DNA of 64,000 nucleotides from Thermoplasmatota archaeon (GTDB lineage: Archaea > Thermoplasmatota > Penumbrarchaeia > Penumbrarchaeales > Penumbrarchaeaceae), in contig CBDDUX010000007.1 in assembly GCA_965234725.1 (NCBI GenBank), forward strand, positions 63,293-127,292. Direction: 5' to 3'. Below are positions 29,809 to 39,105 of the stretch, in pieces. The notes beneath the pieces are model-generated. The model was not told the DNA's origin. It saw only the letters and a list, made by a program, of their open reading frames with translations, and did not search any database. A program made the position numbers and the translations under genes. Position 1 is the first letter of the stretch. Each line of letters starts with the position of its first letter.

Positions 29809-31473
29809 ATGAGTAACAATTTGTTAATAATCGGTGTGATGACGTTATTGTTATCCTCGGTAGTAATTGTATGGACCAGTGAAAACGTATCGGCATCGAC
29901 GACATACACAGTCAATTCTAGCGGTGGTGGTGACTTCATGACCATAACGGACGCTGTCAATGCCGCATCAGATGACGACATCATACAGGTCGCCCCCGGA
30001 ACCGGATACGTGGAAAATATCGTGATTAACAAGAAACTAACAATAGAAGGAACTGGGGGAATGCCGAAAGTTTCAGGATTGCCCATGAGTTCTTCTCCAG
30101 TGTTCGATATCAGGGTAGATGATGTCACTATCGATTATCTGGAGATAATTGGAACAAGCACATCTTCCGTTGCAGGAATCAAATCAAGCGCTTTAGCAGG
30201 TGAGGAAAATAATGTCCTCATTATCGACTGCGAGATCCATGGATTCTCCAATGGAGGATATGGTGTTTGCGTAGAAAGAAGGAATCCGGAAGATTCCTAC
30301 CCCACCCATAATGTGGTCGATCACTGCGAAATCTACGAATGCAACATCGGAATCTCGATTGAATCCGACCCTGCTGATCCTCAGATAAATTCCAATCATA
30401 TTGTCAGAAAATGTTACATCCATGACATATCCCAATTCACGGGAACAATGGGACATGGAATCTACAACCACGGTGATGAAAATACATTTGAAGACACGCA
30501 TATCTACAATTGCGGGGGTAAGGGCTTATACATTTATGATTCATATAAATGCGATGTCCTGGACAAGGATACATTCGGGTATCCTTTCTACATTCATAAT
30601 ACCAATACCGGAATTTATGTTCTTGATTGTGACGATTGCACGATCTCGGGTGATGATTCGAACAGATTGCTTAGGGTTACCGACAGTCTTGATGATGGAA
30701 TATATGTGGAGGATTCGGTGAATTGCGACCTTTATTATCTTGATATCGACGAAAACACAGGATACGGGATCTTCTTTGACGGAAGTGACAGCAACTCTTT
30801 GAGATTCAGCAGCATCACCGATAATGATTATGTCTTTGAAGGTGACCATAAGGGTAATTATCTATACCTATGTGAATCATCCACGAATTTATTGGAAGAC
30901 AATACAATTGATGAGACTTCTGGAAGTTCTTCCCTATATGTTACCTGTGGAAGTGACTATAATTATATCGACGGCAATTCGTTGGATGGAGATATTTTCA
31001 TCGGAGGTAGTGATGAGAACACGATAACCGATATGGAGTTCGATTATGTGGAAATCAATGGCGGAGAGGATAATACAATCCAATACTGCGATATTTCAAA
31101 CAGCTATGCAACACTGGTATATCTGTTCGAAGCCGATGACACATATATCTACAGGACCAATCTCGACGGAGTGGACGATGAAGATACAGGAATATATATC
31201 AAAGATTCACAAGATGTGGAAATCAGCGGCTATGAAGCAGGAGAGGATCCTTCAACTATCGAGAACTGTGATATTGTTCTCTATGTCAAATCGGAAGACA
31301 TCTCATGCTCTGTCTATTTTCATCACTATTCCATCTCTGACAGCAATGGAGGGAATAATGATATTGAACTTTATGGGACAGCATCTCAATCAACCACTGG
31401 AACCTACAATGATTTATCTGGTGGACCCGAGCATTATACTGATGCCTATAGTACGTGGACATTAGTTGTTTAG
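29809..31473 (+). CDS. Secreted right-handed parallel beta-helix (NosD/CASH-like) protein, no anchor
   Basis: Signal peptide; TVNSSGGGDFMTITDAVNAASDDDIIQVAPG cap; repeated GIY...xxCxI units; very acidic. Confidence 0.8.
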   Translation: MSNNLLIIGVMTLLLSSVVIVWTSENVSASTTYTVNSSGGGDFMTITDAVNAASDDDIIQVAPGTGYVENIVINKKLTIEGTGGMPKVSGLPMSSSPVFDIRVDDVTIDYLEIIGTSTSSVAGIKSSALAGEENNVLIIDCEIHGFSNGGYGVCVERRNPEDSYPTHNVVDHCEIYECNIGISIESDPADPQINSNHIVRKCYIHDISQFTGTMGHGIYNHGDENTFEDTHIYNCGGKGLYIYDSYKCDVLDKDTFGYPFYIHNTNTGIYVLDCDDCTISGDDSNRLLRVTDSLDDGIYVEDSVNCDLYYLDIDENTGYGIFFDGSDSNSLRFSSITDNDYVFEGDHKGNYLYLCESSTNLLEDNTIDETSGSSSLYVTCGSDYNYIDGNSLDGDIFIGGSDENTITDMEFDYVEINGGEDNTIQYCDISNSYATLVYLFEADDTYIYRTNLDGVDDEDTGIYIKDSQDVEISGYEAGEDPSTIENCDIVLYVKSEDISCSVYFHHYSISDSNGGNNDIELYGTASQSTTGTYNDLSGGPEHYTDAYSTWTLVV

Positions 31474-31507
31474 ATAAAAAAAATAGGATATCTAAGGAGA
31501 TATTATT

Positions 31508-33580
31508 ATGAAGAAAAAAAGGATTATTAAAAATATCTTTGCTACTGTTTTAATTGTATTATTTTCGTTATTAAATATATATAATACCATTGATGGGTCA
31601 GCTGGAATAATTGAAGTAGAAATAACAATCACAAGTGAAGCTTGGGTAGAAAGCATGTGCGATATTTATAAAGATCAGGTTATTTATATAAATAATAGTG
31701 GTTATCACGGAAATCCAATTTTATATAATATTACAACAGGAGAAAAAATAAATATTTTTCCAGATGTAAATAATATTCAAGATCCTAAAATATTTGGCAA
31801 TTATATAGTATGGGTAGGAAGGGAATCATATAATAGATCCATATATCTATACAATTTATTTAGTACGAATATCAAACAATTAACCCCAGATAATTATATG
31901 GCAGGAAGTCCTTCAATTTTTAATAAATATATTGTCTGGAGTGATAATCGAAACGGAAATTTTGATATCTTTCTCTATGACATATCAACATCTGAGGAAA
32001 CTCAAATAACATCAAATGAATCAAGTCAAGATGAACCGAAAATATGGGAAGACTGCATTGTTTGGATGGATAAAAGAGACGGTGAATATGATATTTTTAT
32101 GTATAATATTACAGCTGGAATCGAAACTCAGCTAACGAATGAACCGGGAGATCAACGCGACCCAATTATCTGGGAAGATATAATTGTATATTCAGATGAA
32201 GATGGTGATGATAAATTTACTACGATTTTTAATATATCTTCAAATAAAAAAAGTACTATTCCTGAATCAGTAGAACGTGATATTCATAAAGATATTGCTG
32301 TTTTCACAATGTGGGTAAATGGGTCCCTTGAGCCATATAAATACGACCTCACCACTGGGGAAAAAACGAAGATAATATCCTGGAGAGATGATTGTTTTTG
32401 TACATCCCCTGCAATATACGGAGACTGGATCGTGTGGACCGAAAACACAAACATCTATGGCTACAAGTCCCTGCTAGACACGGATGATGATGGAGTAGCG
32501 GACAAAGAGGATGCATTCCCAAAGGATCCTTCCGAATGGGATGACACCGACTCCGACGGGTGGGGAGATAATAGGGACAGGTTCCCGGAGGACCCCTACG
32601 AATGGAACGATACCGATCTGGATGGACACGGGGACAATAGTGACAAATTCCCATACAATCACTTCGAATGGAACGATACTGATTCAGACGGATATGGCGA
32701 TAATAGTGATCTATTCCCTGAGGATCCTACGGACTGGAACGACACGGACAGTGACGGCTGGGGGGACAATCGTGATAAATTCCCCAACGACCCCTTCGAA
32801 TGGAACGACACCGATTCGGACGGATATGGAGACAACACTGATCTCTTCCCAGAGGATCCCAACGATTGGAACGATACAGACCAGGACGGATACGGGGACA
32901 ATCGTGATAAATTCCCCAACGACCCATTCGAGTGGAATGATACCGATTCGGATGGATACGGAGATAATCGGGACAGGTTCCCGGAGGACCCATACGAATG
33001 GAACGATACCGACCAGGACGGATTCGGGGACAATCGTGATGAATTCCCCAACGATCCTTTCGAGTGGAATGATACCGATTCCGATGGATGGGGAGATAAC
33101 AGGGACCTTTTCCCTGAAGATCCTCTGGAGTGGAATGATACGGATTCGGATGGATACGGAGACAACGGTGATCTCTATCCCGAGGACCCTCTCGAGTGGA
33201 TGGATTCGGATGAGGATGGGTGGGGAGACAATAGAGATCTGTTTCCAAATGATCCGCTGGAATGGAATGACACTGATAACGATGGTTTCGGAGATAATTC
33301 TGATGCATTCCCGGAGGACCCCGCTGCATCAATAGATACCGATGGCGACGGCTACCCCGACAGCTGGAACGAAGGAATGACTGAAAGCGATTCCACAACT
33401 GGACTCGTTCTCGACACGTTCCCGGAGGATCCGGAGAGATGGAAAGAGAAAGATGACGAGGACAAAAACGGTATCAACTGGACAATCCTCATGATCCCCA
33501 TCATCTCGATACTGATCATCATGGGGATCCTTGTATTCCTCTTCACAAGGAACAGGGGAAAAGATACCGATGAGGAATAG
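31508..33580 (+). CDS. Anchored surface protein: archaeal beta-propeller plus TSP3-like tandem repeats plus TM helix
   Basis: IVWSDNRNGNFDIFLYD and IVWMDKRDGEYDIFMYN blades; 22-aa repeats; TM followed by RNRGK. Confidence 0.85.
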   Translation: MKKKRIIKNIFATVLIVLFSLLNIYNTIDGSAGIIEVEITITSEAWVESMCDIYKDQVIYINNSGYHGNPILYNITTGEKINIFPDVNNIQDPKIFGNYIVWVGRESYNRSIYLYNLFSTNIKQLTPDNYMAGSPSIFNKYIVWSDNRNGNFDIFLYDISTSEETQITSNESSQDEPKIWEDCIVWMDKRDGEYDIFMYNITAGIETQLTNEPGDQRDPIIWEDIIVYSDEDGDDKFTTIFNISSNKKSTIPESVERDIHKDIAVFTMWVNGSLEPYKYDLTTGEKTKIISWRDDCFCTSPAIYGDWIVWTENTNIYGYKSLLDTDDDGVADKEDAFPKDPSEWDDTDSDGWGDNRDRFPEDPYEWNDTDLDGHGDNSDKFPYNHFEWNDTDSDGYGDNSDLFPEDPTDWNDTDSDGWGDNRDKFPNDPFEWNDTDSDGYGDNTDLFPEDPNDWNDTDQDGYGDNRDKFPNDPFEWNDTDSDGYGDNRDRFPEDPYEWNDTDQDGFGDNRDEFPNDPFEWNDTDSDGWGDNRDLFPEDPLEWNDTDSDGYGDNGDLYPEDPLEWMDSDEDGWGDNRDLFPNDPLEWNDTDNDGFGDNSDAFPEDPAASIDTDGDGYPDSWNEGMTESDSTTGLVLDTFPEDPERWKEKDDEDKNGINWTILMIPIISILIIMGILVFLFTRNRGKDTDEE
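32510..33367 (+). repeat. Coding tandem repeat, 66 bp x 12 plus one degenerate unit
   Basis: Unit DxFPxDPxEWNDTDxDGxGDNx counted by hand. Confidence 0.93.
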
Positions 33581-33638
33581 AGGACCATGTCAAGGATTGA
33601 TGAGTATGAAGATCCTTTCATACATCAAAAAGAATAAA

Positions 33639-33656
33639 TGTAAGACATGTCTTACA
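33639..33656. promoter_or_regulatory. Perfect 18-bp palindrome, likely antitoxin operator
   Basis: TGTAAGACATGTCTTACA between TATA-like AATAAAT and the ATG of the AbrB-type gene. Confidence 0.65.
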
Positions 33657-33672
33657 CATCATTGGTAATCAA

Positions 33673-33930
33673 ATGCATGCATCAATAATCAGGGTATCAT
33701 CCAAGGGCCAGATAGTCATACCTGCTTCATGGAGGAAGAGCATGGATGTCATTGAAGGCGAGGAACTCATAGCTATCTGTGACGGTGACACATTGATGAT
33801 AAAGAAGATCAGTTCCACATCCCTGAAAAAGGAATTCGATGACACCACCAGGGCCATAAGAGAACGTATAGAGAATTCGGATGTGACGAGAGAGGATGTG
33901 AAGAAAGCCATCAAGAAGGCAAGGGATTGA
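33673..33930 (+). CDS. AbrB/MazE/SpoVT-family DNA-binding protein (antitoxin)
   Basis: RVSSKGQIVIPASWRKSMDVIEGEEL...TLMIKK. Confidence 0.9.
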   Translation: MHASIIRVSSKGQIVIPASWRKSMDVIEGEELIAICDGDTLMIKKISSTSLKKEFDDTTRAIRERIENSDVTREDVKKAIKKARD

Positions 33931-34030
33931 TCATTACAGGTGATGAGGACCTCCTTTGTATGAAAGAGATCGATGGAATTCAGGTTCTCAGATCGGTTGA
34001 TGTGTTGAACACAATTCTCACTGGAATCAA
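33927..34030 (+). pseudogene. PIN-domain toxin remnant (C-terminal end only; right boundary approximate)
   Basis: TTGA overlap with the antitoxin stop, then directly IITGDEDLL.MKEIDGIQVL, the usual last motif of PIN toxins; the N-terminal DTN motif is absent. Confidence 0.7.
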
Positions 34031-34326
34031 AGATGTAAGAAATGAAGAGAAAGGTCCTTCCGATTCGGAGGAAGATATCCTCGGGGAAAAGGAACAGACC
34101 CCTGAAGAAGATCCTTCCATGAATTCCAAGGACAAGGACCTCTTGAAGGATTGAATTGATATCGAATTCCAAGGACCTGACCATGCTGGGTGGAAAACCA
34201 GGAGAGATCATCAAGGATCACAACAACATTCTACTCCCGGCAATAATGATAGGAGTATTAGTTATCATATCTGCAGTATTGGTCATCTTCATCCTGGAGA
34301 GAAGAAAAACTGTCATCGAAGAATGA
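34030..34326 (+). pseudogene. Frameshifted C-terminal remnant of a membrane-anchored protein
   Basis: Acidic linker ends at TGA 34154; the +1 frame continues ...ILLPAIMIGVLVIISAVLVIFILERRKTVIEE* (TM plus basic stop-transfer). Confidence 0.55.
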
Positions 34327-34498
34327 CCGTCATCTGCCATCATTCTTTTCTCTGAAATATCGATCGAAAGCAACATACCTCATCAAGTTCGACTTCATCA
34401 CGGTTTGAAAGATATTACTCGATATCACTATGAAAGATACGTTTTCGGATAATGTGCCGAATATGATTAAATAGCCTCTCTTTCATAGGGAAAGGAAG

Positions 34499-35587
34499 AT
34501 GAAAACCCTCATACTATGTGTGGACCGTGACGATGATCTTGGAGAGAAGGCCAAGGTGACCAGTCCCGTAATAGGAAGGAAGAACAATCTGAAGGCTGTA
34601 ATCGCCCTTGGTATCGAGGATCCAGAGGATTCCGATGCCAATGTCATTTTCATGGGTCTCAACCTCTACAAGAAATACAAGGACCTGGGAAGGGAGGTTG
34701 AGATCGCGTCCATATGCGGGGATCGTATGGTCGGCATGCAGTCGGATGCAAACCTCATAAGACAGTTCTATGCGGTCCTTGAACAGTTCACACCGGACAC
34801 CGTGGTCCTTGTATCCGACGGAGCCGAGGACGAGGTCATTTTACCTCTACTATCCCAGAGGGTCCAGATAGAACACATTGCAAGGGTTGTTGTTAAACAG
34901 CAGCAGACCCTCGAATCCACTTACTACATAATCACTGAAGCTTTCAAGAGCCCCAAGATAGGAAAGAAGGTGATCGTCCCCATTGCCCTGATGCTTATGC
35001 TGTGGGGCATCCTCATGGTCTTCAAATTCGTGGAGGCAGCCATAGGATTGATGATGACCATCTTCGCCCTCTTCCTCCTTATTAAGGCCCTCAATATAGA
35101 GAACCAGATCACCAGGTTCATGGATGATATGAAGGATGCCATGCGTACCAGAAGGTACCTTCTCTTCGGAAGTGTCACATTCTCCGTGGTCCTGATAACG
35201 ATAGGTGTAGCAGTTGGATTCTTCAAAGCACAGAGCAACAGGGACCTGGTGGATTTCATCTACTATTTCCTGGAAACGGTCTGGCCGTTCATTCTTGCAG
35301 CTGCATTCATATACACTCTCGGAAATTCCCTGGATACATATTTCAGAACAGGGCAGTTCGTCAGGTCCACAGGGGTCATACTGCTCTCCCTTGGGGCCAT
35401 AGGTTTCATCAGCTATACCACCGTCCAATTCCTGGGGTATGCATTGAAACTGGAGAGCGATTTTGATATCCTCGAAAATCTGCCTCCATTCATGGCAGGC
35501 CTGATACTCCTGTTCGCCAGCGGTATGGTGTTCATTTACAACAGAGGCAGGTCAGGCGGCAGCAAGAAGGTAGGCTGGCTTAGATGA
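34499..35587 (+). CDS. DUF373-family archaeal membrane protein
   Basis: LILCVDRDDDLG, DPEDSDAN, VSDGAEDE, VVVKQ, then several TM segments. Confidence 0.9.
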   Translation: MKTLILCVDRDDDLGEKAKVTSPVIGRKNNLKAVIALGIEDPEDSDANVIFMGLNLYKKYKDLGREVEIASICGDRMVGMQSDANLIRQFYAVLEQFTPDTVVLVSDGAEDEVILPLLSQRVQIEHIARVVVKQQQTLESTYYIITEAFKSPKIGKKVIVPIALMLMLWGILMVFKFVEAAIGLMMTIFALFLLIKALNIENQITRFMDDMKDAMRTRRYLLFGSVTFSVVLITIGVAVGFFKAQSNRDLVDFIYYFLETVWPFILAAAFIYTLGNSLDTYFRTGQFVRSTGVILLSLGAIGFISYTTVQFLGYALKLESDFDILENLPPFMAGLILLFASGMVFIYNRGRSGGSKKVGWLR

Positions 35588-35607
35588 CCTATAGAGGGTG
35601 ATGCAGG

Positions 35608-36375
35608 ATGGATATTGGAACCTGGATCCCCGTTTACAGGGAAATTGCAAAGGACCTATGCCTTTCAGAGAAAGAGGACCTTGAAAGTGCAAGGGAGCTC
35701 ATCGAACTTCTTGATAATAATCCCCGGATCGAAGAAGGAAAGATGGTCCTGGATAGATTGATGGAACTGATAGAGAATAGGACCTGCTTCATTTTCGGAG
35801 GAGGTCCTTCACTCGAGAAGGAGACATCGGATCTGATCTGCAGAATGATGGAAGGTAGGAACAGGGGTGAACTCACATTGATCACCGCTGACGGAAGTAC
35901 TTCGCTACTCTATAGAGCGGGTGTCATGCCGGACATCATTGTCACGGATCTAGACGGTGGCATAGAGGACCAGATCGGAGCTGTTAAAAAAGGAGCCGTG
36001 ATGGTAATCCATGGACACGGTGACAACAGGGAAGTTATCAGAGATACCGTTGGAAAACTTGGGGGCATGGTCATTGGCTCCACGCAGTTGGACCCCAAAG
36101 ACGTTCCCGGAGCGGTCAACTTCGGAGGGTTCACGGACGGGGACCGTGCCGTTCACCTTGCGGATTCACTTGGAGCTTCCCGGATAATTCTCTTGGGTTT
36201 TGAAAACGAAAACGTCGGAAAAAAACTTGATGATAGTGGAAACCGGAAGGATTCTGATCCGAGATCCATGAATGAAAAGAAAAAGAAATTGAAATGGGCG
36301 GCCGTACTCTTGAAGATGGTATCAAGGATCCCTGTCCAAAATTACAAGGAAGTTGGGAAGGACCTGTTCGATTAG
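35608..36375 (+). CDS. mptE: 6-hydroxymethylpterin diphosphokinase, MptE-like
   Basis: TADG, PDIIVTDLDG, HGHGDN, NFGGFTDGDRA, KKKKLKWA. Confidence 0.88.
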   Translation: MDIGTWIPVYREIAKDLCLSEKEDLESARELIELLDNNPRIEEGKMVLDRLMELIENRTCFIFGGGPSLEKETSDLICRMMEGRNRGELTLITADGSTSLLYRAGVMPDIIVTDLDGGIEDQIGAVKKGAVMVIHGHGDNREVIRDTVGKLGGMVIGSTQLDPKDVPGAVNFGGFTDGDRAVHLADSLGASRIILLGFENENVGKKLDDSGNRKDSDPRSMNEKKKKLKWAAVLLKMVSRIPVQNYKEVGKDLFD

Positions 36376-36439
36376 AACCACCATCAACTGGGAATGTTTA
36401 TATATCGGGATGTTTTAGCCGGGCACCTACGGTGATGTC

Positions 36440-36607
36440 ATGGGAAAGAGCCTCGATCCCGAGATAAGAGAGATCGTCGAGACAAGACGACTCGTGAAGA
36501 AGATCTGCATGAGATGCTATGCCAGGAACCCTCTGAAGTCCCTGCAGTGCAGGAGATGCGGATACAAGGGTCTCAGGATAAAGGCAAAAGAAGCCAGGGG
36601 CGGATGA
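36440..36607 (+). CDS. rpl40e: 50S ribosomal protein L40e (55 aa, not in ORF track)
   Basis: Hand translation ...[40 protein letters not shown]. Confidence 0.95.
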   Translation: MGKSLDPEIREIVETRRLVKKICMRCYARNPLKSLQCRRCGYKGLRIKAKEARGG

Positions 36608-36666
36608 TCCTTTTCCCGGCTTCATGACGTTATCCTTTTCAATATCCATGACCATATGCTCCATAG

Positions 36667-37062
36667 ATGGTTCACAGATATCTTTGTTCAAGAACAGAGT
36701 TATTCAGACTACTTGACATCGACATAGGCACTACGCCTCTTTTCATAGGTGCTCCGCCCCTATTCCTTGAATGGCTTTCAAGGATAATACCAGGAAATGC
36801 CCTAACTGTAGGCACCATCTCCTCCATACCATCTGGGGTATCATTTAATAGAGTGATCATCTGGAAAGATCAACAATATGAAGATCTTACCAAGGATATT
36901 GGGGCCCTTCAAGATCATATGGATGAAGATGCGACCATATGGTTGATATCACCTCTTGGCAATGGAGAGGTTCGTAAAGGGGGAATTTTCAGTTCGATAG
37001 GCGAACCCTTCCCCCTCTCTACAGATCATCAGATCCGAAGGATCTCTATCACCAAGATATAG
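36667..37062 (+). CDS. Hypothetical protein
   Basis: 131-aa ORF filling the gap; DATIWLISP loosely recalls methyltransferase-like DUF3052 proteins. Confidence 0.5.
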   Translation: MVHRYLCSRTELFRLLDIDIGTTPLFIGAPPLFLEWLSRIIPGNALTVGTISSIPSGVSFNRVIIWKDQQYEDLTKDIGALQDHMDEDATIWLISPLGNGEVRKGGIFSSIGEPFPLSTDHQIRRISITKI

Positions 37063-37085
37063 GACATGACATCGGTCGACTTCTT

Positions 37086-37856
37086 TCAATCGAACGAGAA
37101 CAATGTCGGCTGGAGGTTCTCGGAAAGGATCTTCCGGGCGGTTTCCCAGCTTCTCCTGCATTCAGGTGGGAGGGCTTTATTCTTTTTTACCCATTCTGAA
37201 AGGAACCTTCTGGTCACTGGATCGCTCGGGTATCCGCTGCCGATATCCTTTCCAATGTCCGATCGTATCCGTTCGATCTCCCTGTCCCTGGTCACCTTGG
37301 CAACTATCGATGCCATTGCCACGACAGGATCATCCCTGTCCGCCTTGTGCTTGGATATTATTTGAGGAACCTTTGATCCTATTAGCAAGGCAAGTTCGTT
37401 ACCCACGCCTTTTCCGAACCTTTCCTCATCCACATCAGCTGCATCGAGCATTATCCATCCTTCACCCCTTGAAGGACCTTTAAAGGATGCTTTGATGCCC
37501 TCAGGAAGTCCAGAATGGACCACCGGTCCTCCTTCTATCAATGTTGCCAGAGATGATGCAAAGGCAAGGACCTCAAGCCTGTTCATTGTCATTGACTCCC
37601 TGGCTTCATCTACTGACCCTGCAGGGATCACCACTATCCCGGTTGAGATCTTTCCAATGGAGCGGGATAGGACCTCCTCTCTTCTACTTGCTGAGAGCAT
37701 TTTGGAATCCTTTGCACCCATTGTTTTGAGAGAGCCAGGATCGATGCAGAAAACGGAGGCAACAACAAGAGGACCCAACACAGGACCTCTTCCTGCCTCA
37801 TCAACCCCCATGACCATGGACTGACCATGTCCTTTTGGATGATAACCGTTTTCCAC
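37086..37856 (-). CDS. rnhB: Ribonuclease HII
   Basis: GVDEAGRGPVLGPL, KDSK, HKAD, ASIVAKVTRD, GSGYPSDP, C-terminal PIP box QPTLFSF. Confidence 0.96.
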   Translation of the reverse strand: MENGYHPKGHGQSMVMGVDEAGRGPVLGPLVVASVFCIDPGSLKTMGAKDSKMLSASRREEVLSRSIGKISTGIVVIPAGSVDEARESMTMNRLEVLAFASSLATLIEGGPVVHSGLPEGIKASFKGPSRGEGWIMLDAADVDEERFGKGVGNELALLIGSKVPQIISKHKADRDDPVVAMASIVAKVTRDREIERIRSDIGKDIGSGYPSDPVTRRFLSEWVKKNKALPPECRRSWETARKILSENLQPTLFSFD

Positions 37857-37912
37857 TGAACATGCAAAATCCTAGAGAAGTATTATATCGCTCCCTTGAA
37901 ACTCAACCGTCC

Positions 37913-38761
37913 ATGAAATGGAGGGAGCTCCTCGATCGGTCCGTCTCTGAAAGAAGGACGATCCTCTGCGTTGGTCTTGATACGGATATGAACAAGTTCA
38001 AGGACATGGGTATGGGAGACCTTTCCCAGTTCGAGATAAACAGGGAGATCATCGAGAACACCCAAAGATTTGCAGCTGCCTACAAATTGAACATGGCATT
38101 TTACGAAGCTGAAGGCACAGACGGGATGAGGGACCTGAAACGGACCGTGGACCTGATCAAGGGATCACATCCCGAGATACTGGTCATACTGGATGCAAAA
38201 AAGGGGGATATCGGGAACACCTCCAAAGCATATGCAAGAGCAGCTTACAATCACTTGGGAGTCGATTCGGTGACCTTGAACGCCTACATGGGGCGGGATG
38301 CCGTTGATCCGTTCGCAGAGGACCCCGACAAACTGGGTTTCGTTCTCTGCAGGACCTCGAACAGCTCAGCTTCAGAGGTTCAAGACCATGGTGGAGAAGA
38401 AGATCGATTGTTCCTTAAGATGGCAGGTCTTGTAAAAGGGTGGAACCGTCAGGGAAACCTTGGACTCGTGGTTGGGGCAACTTTCCCTGATGAAATGGCC
38501 CTTGTCAGGAAGAAGATCGGATATGAAATGCCGATACTGGTCCCTGGTGTCGGAGCACAGGGCGGGGACCTTGGAAAGGTTCTTGAAAAAGGAACGGACG
38601 AAAGAGGAGGCAATATCTTGATAAATATCTCAAGAGGTATCATGTTCGCATTCAATAAAAAGGGAATTCCGAATTCTGAGATGGGCAGGTGTGCCTCGGA
38701 AGAAGCAGGATCATACATTGAGAGGATAAGAGAAGAATTGGAGAGGTGTGGAAGATGGTAG
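37913..38761 (+). CDS. pyrF: Orotidine-5'-phosphate decarboxylase
   Basis: LCVGLD, KLNMAFYE, LDAKKGDIGNT, GLVVGAT, LVPGVGAQGG; start reassigned to avoid overlap with rnhB. Confidence 0.95.
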   Translation: MKWRELLDRSVSERRTILCVGLDTDMNKFKDMGMGDLSQFEINREIIENTQRFAAAYKLNMAFYEAEGTDGMRDLKRTVDLIKGSHPEILVILDAKKGDIGNTSKAYARAAYNHLGVDSVTLNAYMGRDAVDPFAEDPDKLGFVLCRTSNSSASEVQDHGGEEDRLFLKMAGLVKGWNRQGNLGLVVGATFPDEMALVRKKIGYEMPILVPGVGAQGGDLGKVLEKGTDERGGNILINISRGIMFAFNKKGIPNSEMGRCASEEAGSYIERIREELERCGRW

Positions 38762-39105
38762 AGATGAAGATGGGAAAAGAGGACCCTGAACCAGGGGTCA
38801 AACTGAAGGTGAAGAGAAGCCCGATATCAGGTTCAGGGATCGCCAGGGTGCATACGACCGTTATCAAGATGGCGGAGTTCGAGGAGGGAAAGGCGGCCGA
38901 GGTATCCAAAGGAGATAAGAAGAGGGTCATGAGGCTTGTTGCGGATGACATGATGGAAAAGGGCAGGATATCTCTCAGAGGACAGGACCTCGAGAAACTG
39001 GATGCGAATGAGGGTGATGAGGTCTATCTCAACCCGATAAAAGGGGTGGGGGAAAGGATCACAAAGAGACTTTCATTCCTTCGTAAAAAAGGGGATGAGA
39101 AATGA
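38755..39105 (+). CDS. Small protein resembling a CDC48/VAT N-terminal double-psi beta-barrel
   Basis: LKV...GSGIARV...EGKAAEV and GRISL...LDANEGDEVYL duplicated half-barrels. Confidence 0.6.
   Translation: MVEMKMGKEDPEPGVKLKVKRSPISGSGIARVHTTVIKMAEFEEGKAAEVSKGDKKRVMRLVADDMMEKGRISLRGQDLEKLDANEGDEVYLNPIKGVGERITKRLSFLRKKGDEK

Noticed and set aside
32510-33367. Regular 66-bp periodicity resembling a CRISPR array
   Set aside because: Units are in-frame coding repeats with mostly synonymous variation; no repeat-spacer structure and no cas genes.
32349-33398. Long alternative-frame and antisense ORFs (e.g. 32511-33335, 32659-33165, 32727-33398)
   Set aside because: Shadows of the tandem repeat. 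Most other short overlapping ORFs in the track were dismissed as shadows of well-supported genes.
21240-34326. Island as an integrated virus or plasmid
   Set aside because: No integrase, att-like flanking repeats, tRNA target, or virion/replication genes were seen.
34330-34405. Two TGATGA boxes on the minus strand suggesting a C/D-box sRNA
   Set aside because: No properly spaced CTGA D or D' boxes.
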